Assembly: GCF_008000775.2 (NCBI RefSeq)
Contig: NZ_CP042905.2
Location: 900,001-932,000 of the forward strand
Direction: 5' to 3'
Source of the DNA: Promethearchaeum syntrophicum
GTDB taxonomy: Archaea; Asgardarchaeota; Lokiarchaeia; Sigyniarchaeales; Promethearchaeaceae
Length of the DNA stretch: 32,000 nucleotides
Below, piece after piece: positions 9,710-16,943 of this stretch (the first letter of the stretch is position 1; each line of letters opens with the position of its first letter). The position numbers and the translations under genes were made by a program. The notes under the pieces were generated by a model that searched no databases, was not told where the DNA came from, and saw nothing but the letters and a program-made list of their open reading frames with translations.

Positions 9710-10903
9710 ATGCCTCGCTCTCACAACCCTGATGTTCCGATAATTCGAACGCGTTTTCAGACAATTATAATCTGGTTACTAGAGTTTTTCATAACCGCAA
9801 TGCTATATTATTTTTCAACAAGGGATATAAAAGCATTCAATTATATTACTATTTACTCGGTCAATCCTGCGATAGTTATCAATTCATTCCCAATGCATTT
9901 TTGGATTTCAATTTTATTCATTCAAATCTTAGCAAGGCTTTTTAAGCGATCTGCAGTTCTTTTGGGCGCTCTAAGCATTGAATTTTTAATTGAGTATATG
10001 AAATCTACTCCCATACAACCCGTTTTAATTGGTTTTATAATTTGGACTTCAATTTTTGAGAGTTTTATGTCGTATAAAGGTGGAGAATATTATTCTAGGC
10101 AAAAGATACTCAAGCAAATTGGGTATAATGTTTTGTATATTTTTCTTTATCTACCAATTATATATTTTGGTTATGTTTTCACTTTTAGTTTCACAGAAGA
10201 ATTAAGTGAATCGACAGCTCGAACTTTCGTTGCTATGAATTTCCTTGTAAATATGCTTTTTTTAGTTATTCCCCTATGGGTTAATTTCTTTATTCTCGAT
10301 CGATTTCTGGTTCCGTATTTCCCACTCTTAGAAGAGGAAGAAAAAATCATATCACAAAATATAAGCAAATATAGTGATGATGGGGAAGCATATGATGATT
10401 TTATTCCTAAACCTGGAGAATTTTATAGTCAATTATTCACTCATCATTCATTAGAAGAAGACGATCATACAATTATTGTCCTAATTGGAAAAGTTCGATT
10501 CTATCTTTGTACTCGATGCACAGCAATGATTCTTGGGATATTAATAACGATTTTCCTAAGTAGCATAGCCCTATATGAATTTAATTTACCATTTTCTCCA
10601 AAATTGGCCCTTTATTTGATAATATTTCTTCCAATTTTTCCACTAACAGATTGGGGATTACAAGCCGTCCTTATTAGAAAAGCAACTACTATTAGTCGAT
10701 TGATTACGGGGTTTATATTAGGAATTTCCATGCAGATGATTGCATTTATTAGTGATGAATACGTTGTGCTAGAAATAATTATTGTATTATCTTATTTTAT
10801 AATTTTTGGAGTTCTCTTCTATTTTCGAGTTAAAGTCCGCAAAAAACAATATGACAAAGAAGCGCTTAGCGAATTTATTGCAGAAAATTCAAATCCCGTT
10901 TGA
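9710..10903 (+). CDS. polytopic membrane protein with a C-terminal DUF2085-like module
   Basis: 397 aa with multiple TM segments and an acidic loop. The motif FYLCTRCTAMILGI followed by 4 TM helices resembles the CxRCxG signature I associate with DUF2085. Its 3' end overlaps the convergent GTPase gene by 15 bp. Confidence 0.65.
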   Translation: MPRSHNPDVPIIRTRFQTIIIWLLEFFITAMLYYFSTRDIKAFNYITIYSVNPAIVINSFPMHFWISILFIQILARLFKRSAVLLGALSIEFLIEYMKSTPIQPVLIGFIIWTSIFESFMSYKGGEYYSRQKILKQIGYNVLYIFLYLPIIYFGYVFTFSFTEELSESTARTFVAMNFLVNMLFLVIPLWVNFFILDRFLVPYFPLLEEEEKIISQNISKYSDDGEAYDDFIPKPGEFYSQLFTHHSLEEDDHTIIVLIGKVRFYLCTRCTAMILGILITIFLSSIALYEFNLPFSPKLALYLIIFLPIFPLTDWGLQAVLIRKATTISRLITGFILGISMQMIAFISDEYVVLEIIIVLSYFIIFGVLFYFRVKVRKKQYDKEALSEFIAENSNPV

Positions 10904-11584
10904 TCTTTTTTCCTTTATCTCCTTTATCCTAGCTGAGTATTTTCGATCTGAAGGATGATTTTCCTTTTTTTCATTAAAATTTTTTCCCAATCCAATCTCA
11001 TCTTCATCAAGAACAGACATAACTAGCCCTCTTTTCGCCAACATTCGGAAATATCGTATAGTTGCTTCCTCGATAAATTCTTCAATCTTAATCCTCGTTT
11101 CTGGATTTCCATCCGTGGCATTTATCTCTAAAATGTCATTTATATTTAATATTTTTTTTATTTCTGCACCCGAAAGTCGACCAGGTAAATCCTGCATGTT
11201 GGCAATAATAAAAATAATCATTTTTCGTTTAATTCGGGGCCAAATTTTGAAAGATTGCTTTATAGCATTTACATCTTCGAGTGTTGAATCGGAGACAATT
11301 AATAAAATATTTGTGGGCACTAAGAGTTTACGTAAATGTTTTGCCCGAAGATCCTTCCATCTCATTTCTAATTTAGGATCGGTGAGAAAAACCATTGTAT
11401 GTTCCCACCTTCGTCGTAAAACCCAACACCGAGCATAATAAGTTCGAAAATCGTATGATAAATTCCCCCCCTCTTTCAAGAATTTTTTTTCAGCAAAAAG
11501 CTCGAATATAGTTGTTTTTCCGCACCCAACTTTACCAAATAAATCAATAGTAACATATTTCGGTGTAGAAAAATACTTTGGCAT
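10889..11584 (-). CDS. divergent Arf-like small GTPase (intact P-loop, degenerate G3/G4)
   Basis: G1 is GKVGCGKT. IIANMQDLPGRLSGAEI aligns with the Arf-family FANKQDLPNAMxAAEI, so NKQD has become NMQD. At the switch II position the protein reads FLTDPKLEMRW where Arf has WDVGGQDKIR, so there is no DxxGQ. It has a C-terminal K/E-rich tail. Confidence 0.75.
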   Translation of the reverse strand: MPKYFSTPKYVTIDLFGKVGCGKTTIFELFAEKKFLKEGGNLSYDFRTYYARCWVLRRRWEHTMVFLTDPKLEMRWKDLRAKHLRKLLVPTNILLIVSDSTLEDVNAIKQSFKIWPRIKRKMIIFIIANMQDLPGRLSGAEIKKILNINDILEINATDGNPETRIKIEEFIEEATIRYFRMLAKRGLVMSVLDEDEIGLGKNFNEKKENHPSDRKYSARIKEIKEKRSNGI

Positions 11585-11653
11585 AGGAAATATATAAATG
11601 AATACTATTAAATTTCTTTGGAAAATCAGTTTGATTTTGATGCGATAATAGTA

Positions 11654-13060
11654 TCAGAATTTACTGTGGTTTTTTTTTAGTTCTTTCTCGGAAAGAGTTT
11701 TTCGTACTCTTTTCTTTATTTGAGCGGTCATCCAATCATAAGAACCAATTTGTCCGAATTTACTCCAAATTTTTAAAATAAAAAACCATAAAATGACAAT
11801 AATCATACTATAACAAACTACCAATGCCATATTTTGAGCCCAACCAGGAAAAACTTTGTCCAGAATTAGGAGTTTTATTACAGATCCAAAAAAACTTTCC
11901 AATAAATACATAGTAAGTGAGAATTTACCAAAAAGTTGTAGGAAGGTCATCCTTTCTTTCTTCTTTTTCAACTTATAATCTAATTTATTTGTGTTCCTTT
12001 TATCTTTCTTTGAAATTTCAGAATAAACCAACATTGTTACAATTAAAATCATGATTCCTATTTGGAGATGAGTTGTTTGAATTGGTAAAGTTCTTAAAAT
12101 ATGCTCAACTGGCGGTTCTCCGAAGATTATATATCCTATTGTTCCTAAAATAATGTAAATTGATGAGACAATGATTCCAACCAATAAAAAAATATTTTTT
12201 GGAACTTTTCCTTTAATTTCAATTCCAATTGCTACTCCGTACAGAGCAAAACCCAGAAAAGGCATCATTGGATCCGAGTCTCCGACTAAAATACCAACTA
12301 ATATAATTTTCCCGTAATTTTCATCTATTAATGCCTGAACCCAAATAGGTCTTAAAATATCAATTAGGAATGGTGAAATTACTATTATAAATGTCGCTAA
12401 AATTCCCACTATAAGTAGGTTTCTATGAATTCTCTTATAACCTTCATTATGGAATAAAATTACAAGTAAAACACTATAAAACATTAGCGATAAACCCATC
12501 ATTGATAAAGCTCCACTTGAAAAAAAAGTAGGATACAAAGGAAATGGATGAAATACACCAGTTTCTAGATATCCTAATATATAAGAATAATATGTAGGAC
12601 CCGTATCAAAATCATAAATTCCTCCTCCTGTAACTGGCCGATCTAAAAAACGATAAACGACCCTCTCTAAAATTATGAACCATAAACCTACAATGAATGA
12701 TTCCATTATTGTTTTCTTCCCGTTTGTGGTTCCTTTTGAATATCTACTGTAAATACTCATTGAGTTTGATATTCCGGATATAAATACAAATATACCCGCC
12801 ATTCTCGCCATAAATTCGATCACTTTTGCAACTGGATTTTCAGTCAATGCAGATGCAACGCCCAATAGATCCATCTCTAAAAGTTGAAAACCGTGAAAAA
12901 GAACCATACAAAATATTGCAAATCCCCTAAGAGAATCAAGACTTTTCAATCTTCTTGAATGTTTCAATACTTTTTTGTCTATAGAATTTGTAATTATTTG
13001 GTATGTAGATTGTTGAATTATTATCACGATCCATGAAGAAATTATTGGCCATTTTAACAA
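11654..13060 (-). CDS. polytopic membrane protein, DUF1624 / HGSNAT-like acyltransferase family
   Basis: RLKSLDSLRGFAIFCMVLFHG near the N-terminus is the signature I associate with DUF1624/acyltransferase-3-like proteins, and there are about 10 TM segments. The start is uncertain: TTG at 13060 or GTG at 13027. There is no in-frame ATG upstream of the motif. Confidence 0.65.
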   Translation of the reverse strand: MLKWPIISSWIVIIIQQSTYQIITNSIDKKVLKHSRRLKSLDSLRGFAIFCMVLFHGFQLLEMDLLGVASALTENPVAKVIEFMARMAGIFVFISGISNSMSIYSRYSKGTTNGKKTIMESFIVGLWFIILERVVYRFLDRPVTGGGIYDFDTGPTYYSYILGYLETGVFHPFPLYPTFFSSGALSMMGLSLMFYSVLLVILFHNEGYKRIHRNLLIVGILATFIIVISPFLIDILRPIWVQALIDENYGKIILVGILVGDSDPMMPFLGFALYGVAIGIEIKGKVPKNIFLLVGIIVSSIYIILGTIGYIIFGEPPVEHILRTLPIQTTHLQIGIMILIVTMLVYSEISKKDKRNTNKLDYKLKKKKERMTFLQLFGKFSLTMYLLESFFGSVIKLLILDKVFPGWAQNMALVVCYSMIIVILWFFILKIWSKFGQIGSYDWMTAQIKKRVRKTLSEKELKKNHSKF

Positions 13061-13191
13061 TGAGAGCGAAATCTATTTAAGCTAAATATATAGAGTTCCC
13101 GGTAATTCTACATAAAGAATTTGTGAAAAAATCCATTTTGTTGATTTCAAATTTTTTGAATATTCGATAGCACACGAAATTAATGTTTGAG

Positions 13192-13205
13192 ATTTAACGT
13201 TAAAT
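13192..13205. promoter_or_regulatory. palindrome ATTTAACGTTAAAT in the unit 1 spacer (candidate operator)
   Basis: Perfect 14-bp palindrome centred on AACGTT. A related half-degenerate site, ttaatgtt, lies 14 bp upstream (13180-13187). The arrangement is conserved in unit 2. Confidence 0.3.
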
Positions 13206-13276
13206 TTGAAATATCTTATAATTTCGGATCAAAGAAAATTTAGATGTAATTTATGAATAAAATAGAGAATATGACA

Positions 13277-13305
13277 AGCCAGAATTCGATTTCGTGTCGC
13301 TAAAG
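13277..13305 (-). pseudogene. decayed tRNA-Asp 3'-exon fragment (psi-1)
   Basis: agccagaattcgatttcgtgtcgctaaag matches 21/29 positions of the plus-strand tRNA segment gaccggaattcgaatccgagtcgctggag (T-arm to the 3' side of the anticodon stem). The acceptor 3' strand, the intron and the 5' exon are absent. Confidence 0.7.
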
Positions 13306-13417
13306 AAATTCATAATTTAGAAAAGATCGAGATTTGTTAGAGATAAATCCTTTTAAGGTTAACAAAAATATTCCTTTAGAACAAAAATATATATAATATA
13401 CAAAACCATAGTTAAAT

Positions 13418-14038
13418 ATGGTTAGTAAAAAGGATTTTTTTACCTATACCAAAATTATTTTTATATTAACAATATGTTTTGGTCTTATCGGAAACTATAT
13501 CTATGTTGAGAATTTTAAACCTCTTATAAGTAATTACAATTATCATGATGAGCCAATTAATTCTTTGTTTCATAAGCAATACGATGATTTTGTATTAGAA
13601 GGTGGTCATGAATATATTTTCTACTTTTTTTTAGAAGGACCCCATGATGTCTATCTTAATATAAATATGATATTTGAAACCATGGATAATATTACAATCT
13701 CTTATGGTACAGGCGTAAATGAATCCTGGTTGGAGTACTGGGGGGAAGATAGAATTTATACAGAACCATTATATATTCCCCAAAACGAAACAATTTTTAT
13801 TTCGGTACAAATGACAGCTCCCGGCACTAGTTATGGTAGTTCTCATTGGCAAATGCTTGTTTATCAAGATTTACCCATGTGGTTAACCAAACCTATACCC
13901 ATAATTGTTTTCTTTACTATCCTCTTGCTCGTAATTTGGGCGATTGCATATGAAAAATATGAAAAAATCTTTACCGATATTAAAAACCAAAAAAGAAAAT
14001 TAGTAGAAAAAACGGAGGAAGTAAGAAATGTCGAATGA
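13418..14038 (+). CDS. bitopic membrane protein A1 (N-terminal TM anchor, ~120-aa exposed domain with N-x-S/T sequons, C-terminal TM, charged tail)
   Basis: 206-aa ORF and a paralog of 14863..15483. The TM segments are IIFILTICFGLIGNYIYV and PIPIIVFFTILLLVIWAIAY. The sequons NIT, NES and NET are conserved in the paralog. A TATA-like atatatataata lies about 25 nt upstream of the ATG. Confidence 0.75.
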   Translation: MVSKKDFFTYTKIIFILTICFGLIGNYIYVENFKPLISNYNYHDEPINSLFHKQYDDFVLEGGHEYIFYFFLEGPHDVYLNINMIFETMDNITISYGTGVNESWLEYWGEDRIYTEPLYIPQNETIFISVQMTAPGTSYGSSHWQMLVYQDLPMWLTKPIPIIVFFTILLLVIWAIAYEKYEKIFTDIKNQKRKLVEKTEEVRNVE

Positions 14039-14468
14039 AAATAAGGAAGAAAATTTTATATCAATGTCCGGTTCCAGTAAAATAAAGATAAAGCATATGA
14101 TTTCCCACCCAAATTTCTTTTCCGATTTTAGACAAACACCAATGAATTGGTTTTTGATAATTTTAAGTCTATTAATTTTGATCTTCGTAATGATAACTGA
14201 TCATTGGTATTTCATGATAGGAATACCTATTTTTATTGTGCTATTTATTTTTCTAATCATCTCCCAAGGAGAGTGGCAAAGGTTCAAAGTATATTATCCA
14301 ATATTAGATGTGGCTTTCTATGGATTAAACATTGCCGGTTTTATAATTCTATGCTTTTACAATATTTTCTTTTCTCTATCCGTTTTATTTTTGATATTGA
14401 TGTTTAGAATATATCTCGTCAATCGAGAAAAAAGAATAGCAACAGCTATGAAAGGGTTATATCCATGA
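14028..14468 (+). CDS. small four-TM membrane protein B1
   Basis: 146-aa ORF whose ATG overlaps the end of A1 by 11 nt (aaATGtcgaaTGA), which suggests translational coupling. It is a paralog of 15473..15913. Confidence 0.7.
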   Translation: MSNENKEENFISMSGSSKIKIKHMISHPNFFSDFRQTPMNWFLIILSLLILIFVMITDHWYFMIGIPIFIVLFIFLIISQGEWQRFKVYYPILDVAFYGLNIAGFIILCFYNIFFSLSVLFLILMFRIYLVNREKRIATAMKGLYP

Positions 14469-14635
14469 AGAATTTCTTACAGAAATTACTTACCCTTTAA
14501 AGAATGAGAGTAAAATCTATTTATGCTAAATATATAGAGTTTTCAGTAAATCTACATAAAAGATTTAATAAAAATTTTATTTTGTTGATTTCAAATTTCA
14601 TTGAACATTCGATAACACACGAAATTAACGTTTGA

Positions 14636-14651
14636 AATTTAACGTTAAATT
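14636..14651. promoter_or_regulatory. palindrome AATTTAACGTTAAATT in the unit 2 spacer (candidate operator)
   Basis: Perfect 16-bp palindrome. A second TTAACGTT lies at 14625-14632, so the two AACGTT centres are 14 bp apart, the same spacing as in unit 1. Confidence 0.3.
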
Positions 14652-14720
14652 CGAAATGTTTTATAATCACGGATTGTGGAAAATTTAGATGGAATTTATG
14701 AATAAAATAGAGAATATGAC

Positions 14721-14749
14721 AAACCAGATTTCGATTCCGAGTCGCTGGA
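14721..14749 (-). pseudogene. decayed tRNA-Asp 3'-exon fragment (psi-2)
   Basis: cgattccgagtcgctgga matches cgaatccgagtcgctgga of the intact gene at 17/18 positions, and aaccagattt matches gaccggaatt at 7/10. The preceding flank atgaataaaatagagaatatgac resembles atgaaataaaataaagaaaatg, which precedes the real tRNA 3' end. Confidence 0.8.
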
Positions 14750-14862
14750 AAAACCCTTAATTTAGAAAAGGTAGAGATTTTTTAAAGATAAATCCATTTT
14801 AAGGTTAAAAAATAATTACTTCAAACCAAAAACCTAAATTAAATACAAAACCTTAGATATAT

Positions 14863-15483
14863 ATGGTTAGTAAAAAGGATTTTTTTGCTTATGCCAAAAA
14901 CATTTTTATATTAACAATTTGTTTTGGGCTTATAGGAAACTATATCTACGTTGAGAATTTTGAAACCCTTATAAGTAATTATAATTATCATGATGAGCCA
15001 CTGAATTCTTTGTTTCATTGGAATTACAACAATTTCGAATTAGAAGGTGGTCATGAATATAGATTCTTCTTTTTTTTTGAAGGACCGCAAGATGCCTATC
15101 TTCATATAGATATGATATTTGAAACCATGGACAATATAACATTCTCATACAATACAGGTGCAAATGAAACTTGGTTTGGGCAATGGGGGGAAAATACAAT
15201 TTATACAGAACCAATATACATTCCCCAAAATGAAACAATTTCTATTTCGGTAAACATAAATCCGGGCAGCATTAGTTCTAGTACTCTTCATTGGCAAATG
15301 CTGGTTTATCAAGATTTACCTATGTGGTTAACCAAACCCTTACCCATAATTGCTTTCTTTACTATTCTCCTGCTCGTAATTTGGGTGATTGCATATGAAC
15401 ACTATGAAAAAATCTTTACAAATATTAAAAACCAAAAAATAAAATTGATCGAAGAAACGGAGGAAGTTACAAATGTCGTATGA
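14863..15483 (+). CDS. bitopic membrane protein A2 (paralog of A1)
   Basis: Same length (206 aa) and same architecture, with 156/206 identical residues to A1. Confidence 0.75.
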   Translation: MVSKKDFFAYAKNIFILTICFGLIGNYIYVENFETLISNYNYHDEPLNSLFHWNYNNFELEGGHEYRFFFFFEGPQDAYLHIDMIFETMDNITFSYNTGANETWFGQWGENTIYTEPIYIPQNETISISVNINPGSISSSTLHWQMLVYQDLPMWLTKPLPIIAFFTILLLVIWVIAYEHYEKIFTNIKNQKIKLIEETEEVTNVV

Positions 15484-15913
15484 AAATAAGGAAGAAAGTA
15501 CTATATCAATACACGGTACCAGTAAAATTAAGATAAAACATTTGGTTACTCATCCATATTTCTTTTCTGATTTTAGACAAACACCAATAAATTGGGTTTT
15601 GATAATTTTAAGTGTAGTAAGTTTGATCTTTGTATTTAATACTGATCGGTGGTATTTTTTGATAGGAATTCCTATTTTTATTGCACTGTTTATTTTTCTA
15701 ATTCTCTTCCAAGGAGAGTGGCAAAGGTTTAATGTATATTATCCAATATTAGATGTGGTTTTCTATGGATTTATTATAGTCGATTTTATTATTCTATGTT
15801 TTTTTAATATTTTCTTTTCTCTATCCGTTATATTTTTGATACTGAAATTTAAAAATTATCTCGTCGATCGAGAAAACCGAATAGCATCTGCAATGAAAGG
15901 GCTATATTCTTAA
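15473..15913 (+). CDS. small four-TM membrane protein B2 (paralog of B1)
   Basis: 146 aa with 109/146 identical residues to B1 and the same 11-nt overlap with the upstream A gene. Confidence 0.7.
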   Translation: MSYENKEESTISIHGTSKIKIKHLVTHPYFFSDFRQTPINWVLIILSVVSLIFVFNTDRWYFLIGIPIFIALFIFLILFQGEWQRFNVYYPILDVVFYGFIIVDFIILCFFNIFFSLSVIFLILKFKNYLVDRENRIASAMKGLYS

Positions 15914-16041
15914 TTAATTCATAAGGTGACAAGATAGTCTAAAAAATATTGATCTTTTTTTTAATTTATTATAATTTTCTTCTAATTTACGTGATATTTT
16001 AATAAAACAGAGTCATATTAAATGAAATAAAATAAAGAAAA

Positions 16042-16147
16042 TGGCGCCCCGACCGGAATTCGAATCCGAGTCGCTGGAGAGCTGCTGAATACTTGAAAAC
16101 AAGCATACATTGACAGTCCAACATGCTTACCACTACACTATCGGGGC
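16042..16147 (-). tRNA. tRNA-Asp: tRNA-Asp (anticodon GUC) with a 31-nt intron at the canonical 37/38 position and an encoded CCA
   Basis: The reverse complement folds as acceptor GCCCCGA/TCGGGGC, D-arm GTGT-AGTGGTAA-GCAT, anticodon stem TTGGA/TCCAG, loop CTGTCA[intron]C, T-arm TCGGA-TTCGAAT-TCCGG, discriminator G and CCA. The intron (plus-strand 16080-16110) sits in a bulge-helix-bulge: a 3-nt bulge CAA, the 4-bp helix CUGU/GCAG, a 3-nt bulge CUC, and then the intron helix UGUAUGCUUG/CAAGUAUUCA. Confidence 0.93.
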
Positions 16148-16286
16148 TTTTAAGAATATTTGAGTTTACTAAAAAATCTTAATCTAAAAAAGGTAGACCT
16201 AAATTAAAAATTTTTGATACTATACTTTATCAACTACATTCATAATCGAGAATTTTTAAAATTATTCAAGATTACTGAGAGTATTA

Positions 16287-16943
16287 ATGAATAAGGAAAT
16301 ATGCATTATTTGGGATTGGAATGGCACATTAATTGATGATGTACACACCTCACTTGAGTGTATAAATATCATTTTAAAGAAACATCAATTAGCAACAATA
16401 AATCGAGAAAATTATCAACAAATTTTTACGTTTCCAGTTGAGCAGTACTATAGAAAGCTTGGGTTTGATTTTACAAAAATTTCTTTTGCGAAATTAGCGG
16501 ATGAATTTATCCATGAGTATAAAAAAAGAATGTTGGATGCGAAATTATATCCCAATGTGAAAGATGTTTTGGAACACCTGCAACAAATGGGTGTAAAACA
16601 ATTTGTAATTTCAGCTATGGAAATTGGAAAACTCAAGCTATGTATCGAAAATAAAGGTATATCACATTATTTTGAAGACATTTTGGGGTTGAATAATAAT
16701 TATGCTAATGGCAAAATGAGTTTAGTAAAAGAGTTCGCGAGACAAAGAAAGGATTTATTATATTCGAGTAATATTTGGATGATCGGCGATACTGAACATG
16801 ATTTTTACATAGCTAGTGAATTAAAATGGAATTCTATCCTGGTTTCCCAAGGCCATCACAGTTATTCAAGATTGAGTGCTGTTGGTAATATTGTGCTGAG
16901 AAATTTAAATGATATCAAGAAAATCTTTTCAAACATAATATAA
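16287..16943 (+). CDS. HAD-superfamily hydrolase (phosphoglycolate-phosphatase-like subfamily IA)
   Basis: The motif I region is ICIIWDWNGTLIDD. Motif II is VISA (S/T), and motif IV is the region MIGDTEHDFYIA (GDxxxD). The length of 218 aa fits a small cap domain. Confidence 0.8.
   Translation: MNKEICIIWDWNGTLIDDVHTSLECINIILKKHQLATINRENYQQIFTFPVEQYYRKLGFDFTKISFAKLADEFIHEYKKRMLDAKLYPNVKDVLEHLQQMGVKQFVISAMEIGKLKLCIENKGISHYFEDILGLNNNYANGKMSLVKEFARQRKDLLYSSNIWMIGDTEHDFYIASELKWNSILVSQGHHSYSRLSAVGNIVLRNLNDIKKIFSNII

Larger units (their letters stand above)
13029..14460 (+). repeat. tandem duplication unit 1 (spacer + tRNA-Asp 3'-exon remnant + promoter region + genes A1/B1)
   Basis: The unit aligns along its whole length with 14461..15913. 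Both begin with atccatgaagaa, and aatgagag..aaatctattta.gctaaatatatagag occurs at 13059 and 14503. The gene starts at 13418 and 14863 are 1445 bp apart. Confidence 0.9.
14461..15913 (+). repeat. tandem duplication unit 2 (spacer + tRNA-Asp 3'-exon remnant + promoter region + genes A2/B2)
   Basis: See unit 1. Both coding and non-coding parts are conserved. An ungapped protein alignment gives 156/206 (A) and 109/146 (B) identical residues. Confidence 0.9.

Noticed and set aside
13253-13303. Small conserved ORF (MNKIENMTSQNSISCR; unit 2 counterpart at 14698..14760, MNKIENMTNQISIPSRWKNP) spanning the tRNA remnant
   Set aside because: The conservation is explained by the DNA-level duplication. 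The ORF reads through decayed tRNA sequence, its ends differ between copies, and the equivalent sequence at the intact tRNA has an immediate stop (atg aaa taa).
13029-15913. CRISPR array or assembly artefact as an explanation for the repeated structure
   Set aside because: The repeat unit is 1.44 kb and protein-coding, not 25-40 bp repeats with spacers. The two copies differ at roughly 10-25% of positions with indels, so a collapsed or duplicated assembly of identical sequence is unlikely.
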